Source of the DNA: Nemertoderma westbladi
Lineage: Eukaryota; Animalia; Xenacoelomorpha
Assembly (NCBI GenBank): GCA_032718475.1
Contig: JAUCBJ010002656.1
Location: forward strand, 8,365-72,364
Length of the DNA stretch: 64,000 bases
Direction: 5' to 3'
Within the stretch, counting starts at the first letter, position 1. Each line of letters starts with the position of its first letter. Below are positions 47,301-60,645 of the stretch, one piece after another. A program made the position numbers and the translations under genes. The notes below the pieces were generated by a model that worked only from the letters and a program-made list of their open reading frames with translations, had not been told where the DNA came from and ran no database searches.

Positions 47301-49622
47301 CATAAGGTAACATTCAAACTACCGCCGTTCCATTAACCATAAGGTAACATTCTAACTACCGCCGTTCCATATTAACCATAAGGTAACATTCTAACTACCG
47401 CCGTTCCATTAACCATAAGGTAACATTCAAACTACCGCCGTTCCATATTAACCATAAGGTAACATTCAAACTACCGCCGTTCCATTAACCATAAGGTAAC
47501 ATTCTAACTACCGCCGTTCCATTAACCATAAGGTAACATTCTAACTACCGCCGTTCCATATTAATCATAAGGCAACATTCAAACTACCGCCGTTCCATTA
47601 ACCATAAGGTAACGTTCTTACTACCGCCGTTCCATTAACCATAAGGTAACATTCTAACTACCGCCGTTCCATATTAATCATAAGGTAACATTCTAACTAC
47701 CGCCGTTCCATTAACCATAAGGTAACGTTCTTACTACCGCCGTTCCATTAACCATAAGGTAACATTCTAACTACCGCCGTTCCATATTAATCATAAGGTA
47801 ACATTCTAACTACCGCCGTTCCATTAACCATAAGGTAACATTCTAACTACCGCCGTTCCATTAACCATAAGGTAACATTCTAACTACCGCCGTTCCATTA
47901 ACCATAAGGTAACATTCAAACTACCACCGTTCCATTAACCATAAGGTAACATTCAAACTACCGCCGTTCCATTAACAAGGTAACATTCAAACTACCACCG
48001 TTCCATATTAATCATAAGGTAACATTCTAACTACCGCCGTTCCATTAACCATAAGGTAACATTCAAACTACCACCGTTCCATTAACCATAAGGTAACATT
48101 CAAACTACCGCCGTTCCATATTAATCATAAGGTAACATTCTAACTACCGCCGTTCCATTAACCACAAGGTAACATTCAAACTACCGCCGTTCCATTAACC
48201 ATAAGGTAACATTCAAACTACCGCCGTTCCATATTAACCATAAGGTAACATTCTAACTACCGCCGTTCCATTAACCATAAGGTAACATTCTAACTACCGC
48301 CGTTCCATTAACCATAAGGTAACATTCAAACTACCGCCGTTCCATTAACCATAAGGTAACATTCAAACTACCGCCGTTCCATTAACCATAAGGTAACATT
48401 CAAACTACCGCCGTTCCATTAACCATAAGGTAACATTCAAACTACCGCCGTTCCATTAACCATAAGGTAACATTCAAACTACCGCCGTTCCATTAACCAT
48501 AAGGTAACATTCAAACTACCGCCGTTCCATTAACCATAAGGTAACATTCAAACTACCGCCGTTCCATTAATCATAAGGTAACATTCAAACTACCACCGTT
48601 CCATTAACCATAAGGTAACATTCAAACTACCGCCGTTCCATTAACCATAAGGTAACATTCAAACTACCGCCGTTCCATTAACCATAAGGTAACATTCAAA
48701 CTACCGCCGTTCCATTAACCATAAGGTAACATTCAAACTACCGCCGTTCCATTAACCATAAGGTAACATTCAAACTACCGCCGTTCCATTAATCATAAGG
48801 TAACATTCAAACTACCACCGTTCCATTAACCATAAGGTAACATTCAAACTACCGCCGTTCCATATTAACCATAAGGTAACATTCTAACTACCGCCGTTCC
48901 ATTAACCATAAGGTAACATTCAAACTACCACCGTTCCATTAACCATAAGGTAACATTCAAACTACCGCCGTTCCATATTAATCATAAGGTAACATTCTAA
49001 CTACCGCCGTTCCATTAACCATAAGGTAACATTCAAACTACCACCGTTCCATTAACCATAAGGTAACATTCAAACTACCGCCGTTCCATATTAACCATAA
49101 GGTAACATTCAAACTACCGCCGTTCCATTAACCATAAGGTAACATTCAAACTACCGCCGTTCCATATTAACCATAAGGTAACATTCTAACTACCACCGTT
49201 CTATTAACCATAAGGCAACATTCAAATTACCGCCGTTCCATATTAACCATAAGGTAACATTCAAACTACCGCCGTTCCATTAACCATAAGGTAACATTCA
49301 AACTACCGCCGTTCCATATTAACCATAAGGTAACATTCAAACTACCGCCGTTCCATTAACCATAAGGTAACATTCAAACTACCGCCGTTCCATATTAACC
49401 ATAAGGTAACATTCAAACTACCGCCGTTCCATTAACCATAAGGTAACATTCAAACTACCGCCGTTCCATATTAACCATAAGGTAACATTCTAACTACCGC
49501 CGTTCCATTAACCATAAGGTAACATTCAAACTACCGCCGTTCCATATTAACCATAAGTTAACATTCAAACTACCGCCGTTCCATATTAACCATAAGGTAA
49601 CATTCAAACTACCGCCGTTCCA
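41388..49622. repeat. 37-bp satellite, about 220 copies (TACCGCCGTTCCATTAACCATAAGGTAACATTC[A/T]AAC)
   Basis: Directly visible, highly homogeneous; 39-bp variants with an AT insertion. Confidence 0.98.
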
Positions 49623-49741
49623 TAATTTTAAGAATAAAGACATCGAACTTCTCAGAAAATTATTTTAATTGGCAGATCCCAAACAAGACCCCCTTTTTAA
49701 AATTTTTTCAATTTTATAGTTAGGTAATAGTAGTTCTAAAA

Positions 49742-50118
49742 AGGTGTAAACGTTGTGCCGTCATTGTCGGCATAACGTTGTGCCCACAGTGTTGGTATAA
49801 CGTTGTGCCGACAGTGTGCAGATAATGTGCTAACGTTGTGCCAACAGTGTGGAGATAATGTGCTAATGTTGTGCCGACAGTGTCGGCATTAAGTTGTGAC
49901 GACAGTGTCGGCCTACGTAGTGCCGACAGTGTCGGCGTTACGTTGTACCGACAGTGTCGGCGTTGCATTGTGCTGACAGTGTCGGCATTACGTTGTGCCG
50001 ACTGTGACCGCATTACGTTGGGCCAACAGTGTGGCGGGCTAAAACCTAAATATAAATAGGTTCCGACACTGTCGGCACATCGTTATGTCGGCACAGTGTC
50101 GGTACAACGTTTACACTC
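49742..50118. mobile_element. Mutator-like MITE with internal ~22-bp repeats and 9-bp TSD
   Basis: TIR GTGTAAACGTTGT[G/A]CCG; TSD GTTCTAAAA at 49733-49741 and 50119-50127; internal CGTTGTGCCGACAGTGTCGG repeats. Confidence 0.75.
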
Positions 50119-50970
50119 GTTCTAAAATCAAATCTACCATTGGCAGACATATAATTTCACCCCTCAACTCAAGGACAATGTATTATAATATATATTGATA
50201 CCTTACCTTATTTGAGACAGCCCTCCCATTGGGCCATTGTTTATAATCAGACAGTGCGGTTCCATCTTGCGGACATGTTATGTCTGGCTTGTTACTCCAA
50301 CCGTTGCTGGTGTCTGAAAGCCACAATGCAGAACCAACCAATAGTACCGCCTCGTAAAGCTTGTATGTCTGCAGGAAGAAATAAATAGGCTGATGGTGCA
50401 GTATTATATAGGCAGTTATTTTTTATGACACCTTTTTGGTCTTTCGACCCCTTTTTTTCGAAATTACTTTTATGACCCCTTTTATTGTTCTTTATGACCC
50501 CTTTTTTCGACATTCAGGCTGTATTGAAACAACAACCAGACTGTGATTCACACAATAAACGACTTTATGTCGTACTCTGTTTTAATGAAGTCACTGTATA
50601 ATAAATTAAATACACACTACTGCACATTCAGACATTTACAAAATACCATTGAATTAAATCGACTCTGTGCAGCTCTCCTTATCAACTCTCCTAAACATGG
50701 GCACAAAATGGCGACTATATGGCGTTTTTCTAACTAAAAAGAATCGATCAGGATCACTTTAACCAATAGAGAGGAAAGGAGCAGGATACAGTGGCGGGCT
50801 TTTTTAAACAAAACAAAATTGGCATTGTTGATCTTGATGGTAGGCTGTAGGTAGGGTAAAATATATATCACAATAGTCATGGTCAATTACAACAGAAATC
50901 AAGACAGGTGGTTAATGCTGCACAGTACGGTACCGTACTACTACTCTATGCTATGGTTCCGCGTCATTAG

Positions 50971-52184
50971 TGGGTCAATTGAACCTATTGCATCAGAACT
51001 TTACTTACCTCTGGGTCAATTGAACATATTGCATCAGAACTTAACTTACCGCTGGGTCAATTAGACCTATTGCATCATGACTTTACAGACCTCCGGGTCA
51101 ATTGAACATATTGCATCACAACTTAACTTACCTCTGGGTCAATTGAACCTATTGCATCAGAATTTTACTTACCTCTGGGTCAATTGAACCTATTTCATCA
51201 GAACTTTACTTACCTCTGGGTCAATTGGACCTATTGCATCATGACTTTACAGACCTCTGTGTCAATTGAACCTATTGCATCAGAACTTTACTGACCTCTG
51301 GGTCAATTGAACCTATTGCATCAGAACTTTACTTACCTCTGGGTCAATTGAACCTATTGCATCATGACTTTACAGACCTCTGGGTCAATTGAACATATTG
51401 CATCACAACTTAACTTACCTCTGGGTCAATTGAACCTATTGCATCAGAACTTTACTTACCTCTGGGTCAATTGGACCTATTGCATCATGACTTTACAGAC
51501 CTCTGTGTCAATTGAACCTATTGCATCAGAACTTTACTGACCTCTGGGTCAATTGAACCTATTGCATCAGAACTTTACTGACCTCTGGGTCAATTGGACC
51601 TATTGCATCATGACTTTACAGACCTCTGGGTCAATTGAACATATTGCATCAAAACTTAACTTACCTCTGGGTCAATTGAACCTATTGCATCAGAACTTTA
51701 CTGACCTCTGGGTCAATTGGACCTATTGCATCATGACTTTACAGACCTCTGTGTCAATTGAACCTATTGCATCAGAACTTTACTGACCTCTGGGTCAATT
51801 GGACATATTGCATCAGAACTTTACTGACCTCTGGGTCAATTGAACCTATTGCATCAGAACTTGACTGACCTCTGGGTCAATTGAACCTATTGCATCAGAA
51901 CTTTACTGACCTCTGGGTCAATTGGACCTATTGCATCAGAACTTTACTTACCTCTGGGTCAATTGAACCTATTGCATCATGACTTTACAGACCTCTGGGT
52001 CAATTGAACATATTGCATCAAAACTTAACTTACCTCTGGGTCAATTGGACCTATTGCATCAGAACTTTACTTACCTCTGGGTCAATTGAACCTGTTGCAT
52101 CATGACTTTATAGACCTCTGGGTCAATTGAACATATTGCATCAAAACTTAACTTACCTCTGGGTCAATTGAACCTATTGCATCA
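50971..52184. repeat. 41/42-bp minisatellite, about 29 copies
   Basis: GGGTCAATTGAACCTATTGCATCAGAACTTTACTGACCTCT and recurring variants. Confidence 0.95.
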
Positions 52185-52490
52185 GTTCTTTGGTTAATAA
52201 TAATTAAGGAACCAGAACCGACCAACTTTGGAAGAGAGTCTCGATTTATTCTCTAAAACAAAGACAAAATAAAGACAACAATCAATCACTGTGCGAGGTC
52301 AAACAATGAGTTAAGAATAACGAGCGTTTACACTACACTATATATGGGTACCGTATGCTGCATGTAAAGTAGGTAAAATTGTAAGTTTATCGTAAAAGTG
52401 AAATAATTTAGTTACCATTTCCATTTAAAAAGTACAAGGCAGATTTTAGCCTTGTTTAAAGCATTATTCTTCCCGAAATATGAAAATCCT

Positions 52491-52560
52491 GCAGGACTGG
52501 AACCAACAACCTCTGAACTAGAGATGCGAATTCAATTAAACGAATTAATCCACTACGCCA
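52491..52560 (-). mobile_element. Degenerate tRNA-like SINE head
   Basis: Minus strand TGGCGTAGTGG (A-box) ... GGTTCCAGTCC (B-box-like); no intact cloverleaf. Confidence 0.3.
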
Positions 52561-53064
52561 AGGTTATCCGGTATGTATAACGTACGCTATACTGTACAGT
52601 ACAATATACATTACCTATAGCTTTATGACAATTTGTTAATTAGAAGACCTATAATTTACAGATTTAGGGGGGGGGGGGGGGGGGTGGCGGAATCGTTTGT
52701 GTTGCCTACTGTAGCGTATCTTGAATCGTTTTGGTTGGGAGATTTTCGCATATTATATTATTGCCAAAACAATTTAATAATGTAATGAATAACATGGTAT
52801 AGATTTCGCCCCGATGAACAACGTCTCAATAATTCCTTGGCAACGATAAATAAATAGATTACAAAACACTGAGTCGCCCATCTTAGTTACCGATAAACTT
52901 GGCAAACCCAACAACCCATTGTCGTTTAATTAAATGCTGTCCTTCTTTATTAGCAGCAACGCCATAAAATCTGACCAATAGATCAAGAATTTTTTTTCTT
53001 TTATTATTTCAAAATTTAGTTCCGTATTTTTATAACTGAAAAGTTGTCAGTATTTGAGTAATAA

Positions 53065-53592
53065 ATGGCTGGGCGTGTCCCCCCGCTTTGGTACATGGGC
53101 CAGGGTCCCGGGTGGGGACAACGTGACGATTTGAAACACGCAAACTCCGAGTACAACAACCACATTCGGGACATCAACAACCGGTACAGGGAGCTCGAGA
53201 GACAACGAGAAGACATAATGAAGCGCCTAAACACCATATCGAACGGGCCACCACCCCAGCAGCTGGTGGTAAACGATCCCAACAGAGAAGCATCGGAGGG
53301 TCGGGTACTCAACGACGTTCGTAGCTCGTTGGACGCGGCACTGCGCGAGATGCGATCGTTGAATCTGTACGGCCATCCGCCACCTCCACCACCCCCTATC
53401 TACCCAACTCCTATAATACATCCTATAGACTCCCACAACCCACTGATCGCCGAGTTGCAGTCTATGCTCTATACCTATCTGTCTCAGGGAGGAAAGGACC
53501 CCACGGTCATAGAGAAACTCAATGGAATGCTTTCCGATGCGGTGCGGAATCAGAAAGGTCCTCCAGTTTCAGTGGACCCACTCAACCTACAG
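53065..53592 (+). CDS. CCDC17: CCDC17-like gene, exon 1 (176 codons; coiled coil, poly-Pro)
   Basis: ATG at 53065; donor CAG|gtatta at 53592/53593, phase 0; YLSQGGKDPTVI motif; GC-rich coding composition. Confidence 0.75.
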
Positions 53593-54291
53593 GTATTAGC
53601 GGTTATATAGAGCACACTTTAGCTTGATACAGTTAGTCGATGTAATTTCTTCAAATCGTGTACGATTGATACGAATGATAGGTGATATTTTAGAATAGCC
53701 AATTGCGTATTTGGCGTAAGCCTACAACGATAATGGTATGGTTTCCAGCAACACATATAGATATAATATTATTTATGTAAAGTTGATGACCTAACCTTTA
53801 CCATAATTAAATTATTGTATCTTAAAATAATCTACCAGTTTAACAAACATAAAAAAAATATTCTACCCCCTTGATTACAAATTATTTCCATATTTTACCA
53901 AGATATTTTTTTAATTTATCTATTCTGCTATTACTACTATAGTTATGTTCGTTTGTTGAAATTCAAAACATTTCTCGATTCTTTCCGATTTCAATCACAT
54001 TGCAGATGTAAGGTGGCCATTAGAGCTACTGCGCTTTATTTATTTATTTTCGCGTGAATTAAATTTAGCTTTAATTTAATTTTCGAATAGAATACAATTA
54101 AATAATACTTAATTTACTTTCACTTTCATTTTCGCCTTCATTATAGATTTACTTATGTTGAAATGTGATACTTTATAAAAATACAATCAAAGTTCGTGCA
54201 ATGCTTCATGTACCGAAATATGGCGGGATTTGTAGGTAAGATATCTAGAGTATTAAATTAATATTTAATGTTCAATTTTTGACATCAACAG

Positions 54292-55356
54292 GTGATGACT
54301 TTTGAACTAGAGAATCAACGAATTTTGAAGGAATTGGAAGGTTCGAAGAAGGAGTTGAGTGGGGACGAGAAGGACATTCGGATGATGCAACGAGAGCATG
54401 CGATGCGCATGATGGCGCTGCAACAGGAGATGGAGGTGCTCAAACAGGAGACAATGATACAGGATTTACGACGGGGATTGCGAAGCCCGGACCTGGACAA
54501 ACAACGCGCGGCACCTGCCGTGCCACCATCCGGTGCTGAGCATGAAACGCCCCATCTGTACCAGTGGATGAACAAGTTCACAGGAACAGACCGTCTGGAC
54601 CCGTCGCCGTACGATCCCGCTTCCGGATTCGTGATCTTCTACGATTTTCTCATTGGCATGGACCCGTTGTACCAGAATTCTCGACTGGTCGTGGGTTTGT
54701 ACCACGGCGGCCAGCAGCTGGGCACCCCGATCGCGCTTCCGATTAAACCGCTATACCCCGGGATGACGGCTGCGGGGATCGTTTACTACGGCGTCGCTTC
54801 CGGAAGTTACGCGGTAATCGGAGCGAAACAACCGGTGCAGCGCTGCCGACCGAGTCCGGAGATGGCCCTGGTGGTTGAGGTCCAGGCGACTGGTTCCAAC
54901 TCGGACCAGTCGCTCCGGACCATTGGATTCACCAAGATACAACTGTTTGATGAAGAGAATCGAGTTATCAGCGGTCGTTGGAAGATTCCAGTTCGCGTGA
55001 CGCCGGTTCGTCCAGAGATGACCTACCGCGATATGAACACGGTACCACAGGTCGGAACCGCGGAGCTCCACTACAGAATATGCAACGCTCGGGACGCCGA
55101 TGTTCAGTCGTCATTGCGTGTCTCGATTAATGAGGCTCCGATGTATCGTTACCCCCCGCAGACATTCCGACTGCCCCTCATGCTCCCCGCGCCCGCCCCG
55201 CCCCCACCACCCAGGGCCAGAACGCCCCCACCCGCACCCAAACCAGATCCCAAACCGAATACCGATAACGTGGTCTATGTTCCTCTGGGTGGGAAAGATG
55301 GAATCCCTGGGCCCCCTAAGTTGGGTCCCCCATCCGCCTCCAGTGGAAAGTCGTAA
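54292..55356 (+). CDS. CCDC17: CCDC17-like gene, exon 2 (354 codons; coiled coil, C2-like domain, Pro-rich tail); spliced product about 530 aa
   Basis: Acceptor caacag|GTG in frame; PYDPASGFVIFYDFL, LFDEENRVISGRWKIP and PQVGTAELHYRICNARDADVQ match the CCDC17 C-terminal region as recalled. Confidence 0.82.
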   Translation: MMTFELENQRILKELEGSKKELSGDEKDIRMMQREHAMRMMALQQEMEVLKQETMIQDLRRGLRSPDLDKQRAAPAVPPSGAEHETPHLYQWMNKFTGTDRLDPSPYDPASGFVIFYDFLIGMDPLYQNSRLVVGLYHGGQQLGTPIALPIKPLYPGMTAAGIVYYGVASGSYAVIGAKQPVQRCRPSPEMALVVEVQATGSNSDQSLRTIGFTKIQLFDEENRVISGRWKIPVRVTPVRPEMTYRDMNTVPQVGTAELHYRICNARDADVQSSLRVSINEAPMYRYPPQTFRLPLMLPAPAPPPPPRARTPPPAPKPDPKPNTDNVVYVPLGGKDGIPGPPKLGPPSASSGKS

Positions 55357-57767
55357 ATACTTAAAAAAACGGTTTTAACAATCCCAAATCTAATCGTATC
55401 TAACACTAACATAACAACTAACCATCTTACTCTTACAGTACTACACCTTATTATAGTACTGTATAACGATCTATATTATTATTCAACAATTTAAGCTATA
55501 AATAAATAAATTAGCTATAAATTACTAGTACATTATGTTATACATTATGTACTTTAGTTAAACTCACGGGATTTACAAGTAGCCATCGAGTGCCCATGTT
55601 TAGCATGTCCAATTTAATCCCCTGAAAAAAATATAGAATTTGAATAAAGTAGAAAACAATAAAGATACTGTAAGTCAACAAATATTTTTAATTATTAAAC
55701 ATTATTGCAACTTTTGCATCAATGTATTTTAGGGTATTTTATCAGTAATAATTCTCTTATGCTTGTGTTGTGTTGCACAGGACGTCGATAATAGCATCCC
55801 GGTACTTGCAACATCATTAAACACACTTATATTGAAACATTGTTATATGGAATGATGCTTTCTAGCATGGCATTATGGTGACTCACAGTAGTGTTTATAC
55901 TGTATGGTATAGGAATGGTACGCAATGCTGTTGTCCCGTCTCCACAAAACAGTCTGGTCTCACGCAAAAAAATCGCAGCTTTACGTTCTACATTTTTCCC
56001 GATTGTAAGAAATTCCTACCATTATTCCTTGATAGATCGGCAAACCATTCAATAGTATAAATACAAACCTTCAACTTTCAATATTGATATCGTTAGTTGG
56101 AATATAAAGTAGGACTAGTGCATTTTGTAATCCTCAATATGTTCCCTGTTTAATTGAAAGCTACAAAAAACGTAAGTGGCGCCTTTGAGGGCATTGCGTT
56201 TACTAACTGTTTACTAAAGGTTTACTAACAACATCAAACAACAATTCAATTAAATTCTCACAAATCAAAATAAAAATGTTATAATTATTGCAACAGTTAT
56301 TTCTCAACAAAACGGCTGTTGTCGTTTATTAATTTAACAAAACAGAGAATCAATCATGGCCAGAATAAGGATACCGTTTGAAGCTTCAGTGTGACATTGG
56401 CTTTGATGTTGTGGTTAATGGTGCATTGACTCAAATCTTTTTTCAATCAACTCCATCAAAATAAAGATTCTTAAAGAAAAATGCAACAAAAAGTACCAAT
56501 TTAATAAAAGTTCCTGGCAGAGATAGGGTCGAGGCTGAGAGACTCAACCAAAGGAGCCTCGCTCCCACTTGTTCCTCCTGCAGAGGTTGCTGGTCGCAAT
56601 CCAGATGGGTAATGCGGCATCCATCCTTGGTACCATCAGTGAGGCGGGGGATGGACTGATGGACCTTCTAGGATGATTCGCATCTTATATTTGTGATCTC
56701 TGTTAACTCTAATTGTTATCTTATCAAATGACTGTAAAATAATTAATACATTTAAATAACAATTGTGGATTAAATTATAATTTTTTAATATAAAGTATTT
56801 AATAAATAATAATATTACGTATTAAATGGAAAAATATTCTCTCGAATTTTGAGTTTCTTCACAGGCGCTCGGTAAATAAAATACCACGAGAATAGTTAAA
56901 AAGTTCTACTTTTTTTCCCAAATAATAAATAATTATTATCTTGAACGCTCAAGATATTTCTGATTTATTTGGTTGGTCTGATTTGGCGGGTAGTTCAAAT
57001 GTATATTGAGCAATGAGCTCCCAATAATATATTTCGCAATGACCTATTAGGGAATCATCAGAGTAAGCACATAGTACACTAAATGGATACGATGTTTTTA
57101 ATGCCTGGTATATTGATCAAATTGATCGCAAACACAAGAGAAGTTGGGATTTTCTACGATATAACAAGGATGCTTAGTGCTTACTGACTCCCATGTGGGT
57201 GTTGACTTTGGTGGGAGATTATTATTACCTTTGAGAAATTAATATTCAACCGACGAAAGGGTCATTAAGGGAGATTTCTGGTAATGGTAAACCCATAACT
57301 GCAAGATGTGTTACAGGAAAAAAGGGAGTCTAACAATATCTTGCATCAAAGAAGAGTGGGTTGACTATAGAAAAAAGATTGGCAAGCAAAGTGGCAGACT
57401 ACTGTTGACTATTTCTTATTATGCATACAATAATTTTGGAATGTCAGAGTTTCTAAAATATGATTACAATCAATAGTGTCTAGAGTCCTCTACTTTATTA
57501 GATTTTCTTTCTTTTTGTTCTAGAAAAATTTGATAGTTAAAGTAATAATAATTTTTGGGTGACCTTTCTTAGTGAAATTCTAATTAATTATAAATAAAGA
57601 GCATAGCGAGACAAATAAGAAAACAAGACAAAAAAATGTTACTTTTTTCCACCACTTACGTCGTTTTATTTGTTGTAAGTCTTCTCTCACTTTTATCTGG
57701 GCCTATTTCAGCATAAATATCGAAGCTTCTTCCATAGTGAAATTCGGGCATTACTACAACTTGGGTA

Positions 57768-58159
57768 CAGAGGCGTAGCGAGGGGGGGGGGGATGTTCCC
57801 CCGTGCGCACTCGCCAGGGGCGCTGAAATGCCAGGCAAATGTCAGGGTATTCTTATAAAAATAGGACAAATCAGTAAAAAGTCAGGGATTGTGATACAGT
57901 ATTTACAGGAAATGTGTCATAAGCGAAAAATGTAAAAATTTTCTCTGCTATAATCTATAATAATCTATAATATATTATAATTGCACTATATCAAACTTGT
58001 ATATAATATATTTCAGGATTTGATATAATGTATATACTGTTATATATATATATAATATTAAAAAATACCGCCATAAATGAAAAGTTAAAATTATTGAAGG
58101 GGGGGGGGGGCATCTCAGCTTCATTCCCCCGGGAGCCAGAAGGGGTCGCTACGCCTCTG
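57768..58159. mobile_element. hAT-type MITE with 8-bp TSD
   Basis: TIR CAGAGGCGTAGCGA / TCGCTACGCCTCTG; TSD CTTGGGTA at 57760-57767 and 58160-58167. Confidence 0.9.
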
Positions 58160-58214
58160 CTTGGGTATCAGTTTGACCACTATTTTTCATATAAAAAGGC
58201 TTTTATCATGCGGT

Positions 58215-58600
58215 TTTCTTTCTAGAACAATTATTTGACCTGACAGTAGGATGGAATTTTTTCCAAAAAATGTTCTAGAAATAAATGTATTTGTCAAATT
58301 GATAACTAACACGTGTCCTATAACATTTATAAAAAAGTAGAAAAAACTAGCTAGTATAATCAATAATAAATGTGTTCTAGAAATACAACAAAATTTTTTA
58401 TTTATCAAAATTGATAACTAACACTTGTTCTATAACATTTATAAAAAAAGTAGAAAAAACTAGCTCGTATAAAAAATAAAAAATTTGTTATAAGAATAAA
58501 AAAAAATGTATTCTAGAACAAATATATTTATCAAAATTGATAGCTAACACGTTCTCTATAATGTTTATAAAAAAATTAGCAAAAACTAGCTAGTATAAAA
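58215..58600. repeat. Second occurrence of the AT-rich ~120-bp subunit repeat
   Basis: Three units TTCTAGAA..TTTATCAAAATTGATA[A/G]CTAACAC..AAAAACTAGCT. Confidence 0.7.
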
Positions 58601-59190
58601 ATCAATGTCATGTAAATTACTTTGAAATTTAATTCAACATTATACTTTTTGTTGTTGACAAAATAGTGTTATTTTTTTGTCAAATTCTTAAAGAATTTGA
58701 CAAAAAAAAACTTACAACAAATTATGGTATCTGGTGGTGACGTCATCTGTTAATAAGTCTGTATATTTTAATAATACTGTATCCATAAATGGTTGTTCGT
58801 TAGTCAAGTTTAGAGCAATCTCTTAGTGAAATACAGTATTATTTATGAGGTTGTTGGCTGTTGATTAGGTTTGCAGATTTTAGGAGCTGATTAGAATTCA
58901 AAAGGTAGAATGTCACAAAGGTAGAAATCTGATATTACTGAAGCGTTTTATGTGGTTGTTATCTGTAATTTAGGTTTGCACATCCTCATCCGACATTTTG
59001 CTTAATGACACAGCTAGTTACGGTAACGGAGTTGTGCGCTTGCGGGCTGTACCGTAAACGTAGAATTTGCGCGACTAACGCACTCGAGTTCGGGACAGCT
59101 GAGTGCAGATCGCTCATGTGGTTAAAAGAGTTTGATGTTTTGTAGTATGTATATTATTCGTTGGATCATAGTAAACTACACGTTGGGTCT

Positions 59191-59590
59191 GAGTGACTAC
59201 AGACCCAAGACCCGAATAATAAAGACCTGTACAAATCACATGAGTTAACTTTCGTACATTGTTTTGGTTCCCCAAAAACGCCTCTGTAACCTGCTCCTTT
59301 ACTAATCTGCTCTTTTAAATGGCAATGAGACCTAACGCTCTTTGGGACCTAACGCTCTTAGGGACGTAAGGCGAATTCACCTCTTTGTTTGTACAGGTCC
59401 CAAAGAGCGTTAAGTTTTTTTTAAGCCATTTAAAGGAGCAGGTTAGTAAAGGAGCAGGTTACAGGGAAATAATGTGTGGGGGAACAGGTGTTGGGGGAAT
59501 AAAATAATTAACGCAAGTTAACACATGTTATAATATTATTATTATTATTTGGGTCTTGGTGGGTCTTTGGTCTTTGCTTTGTAGTCACCC
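59191..59590. mobile_element. Mutator-like palindromic MITE with 10-bp TSD
   Basis: Ends GAGTGACTACA / TGTAGTCACCC; TSD CGTTGGGTCT at 59181-59190 and 59591-59600; internal inverted arms CTGTAACCTGCTCCTTTACTAA / TTAGTAAAGGAGCAGGTTACAG. Confidence 0.88.
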
Positions 59591-59780
59591 CGTTGGGTCT
59601 TATCTTGAATCACCACGCGCATCTACATGGAGACCGTCCTAAGCACGTGAACCATCTCGAGGCTTGCCGCTAGGGGGCGAAATGTCTGAAAGAAGACTCC
59701 TTCCCCCATTTCGTTATTTATAATGCTTTTTAGCTGATACTTCGCAGATGTCTATTTACACCATAGACTATGCTTATTTA

Positions 59781-60037
59781 ATAATAATAATAAAAATAAT
59801 AATATTGATTATTTATATAGCGCTTTTCTACGCTCAGCATACTCAAAGCGCTTTTTTACCCCAGCAAAGCAGGTTCCCATTATACCGCAGGGTTGGCGTA
59901 GGCACTAATGTTTAAAGTGTCTTGCCTAGGGACACAACAGTGCGAAATTTCTACAACCTTTAGTCGGATTCGAACCTGAACCACCAAACACTATTGTGTA
60001 AGCAGTTCAGGCGCCGTATCCACTCGGACACTGAGAC
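59781..60037 (-). mobile_element. tRNA-derived SINE with V/CORE-like box and L2-type tail
   Basis: Minus strand A-box TGTCCGAGTGG, B-box GGTTCGAATCC, GTGTCCCTAGGCAAGACACTT, tail AAGCGCTTTGAG..AAAAGCGCTATATAAAT plus (TTA)n. Confidence 0.8.
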
Positions 60038-60547
60038 ATTATAGGGTGGACTATTTGGGGGAGACGCTGATAAGTCTGCCTTTAGGGGGCGAAATATATG
60101 TGTGAAATGAAAACCTTCTCACGTATTATTATTTGTAATCATTTGGAGGTTATACATTGGCAGGTATCTACAGTACTACAGTATGACATAGGCCTTACGT
60201 CATTGTACAATAGTAGATAACCGTTAAGTAAAGTCCAGAGGCATCAGTATGTTTGTGGAGAGAACGCCCAATCATAACTCTAATAAGACGTCTTGTTAAG
60301 TTAATTAATGAATTATTGATGTTTGAAATTATGAAGAAACTTGTGTACTAGAAAGCTGCATGTCTATCTATCTACATTATATAAATATGCATTGTCTGTC
60401 TGTGAGTCTGTAAGTCTGTCCAAGCTATACGCTCCGACACAAGAGCACATGATACATCGATCGAAAGCTCAGGTCCAGAGCACCTAAACTATCGCTATCT
60501 GGAGGCTAATTTTACGCGTTTGCTTGCGTGAATGCTTATCAGTAATT

Positions 60548-60645
60548 CAACTGGTACTCATTTTATCGACCCCAGTGGATGAAAGGAGGAGTGGACCCTG
60601 GCGGGGCTCCAATAGATTGCAGGACCGGCGCTCAACCAACCCCGC
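60548..60645 (-). mobile_element. Partial second copy of the 10954-11198 SINE
   Basis: AACTGGTACTCATTTTATCGACCCCAGTGGATGAAAGG...GGACCCTGGCGGGGCT shared. Confidence 0.8.

Noticed and set aside
41388-49622. CRISPR array (37-bp repeat length is CRISPR-like)
   Set aside because: Units are contiguous with no unique spacers, there are no cas genes, and the context is eukaryotic
60363-60545. Helitron-like non-autonomous element (TCTATC start, TGTC microsatellite)
   Set aside because: The 3' hairpin and CTRR end are not convincing, and there is only one copy in the window
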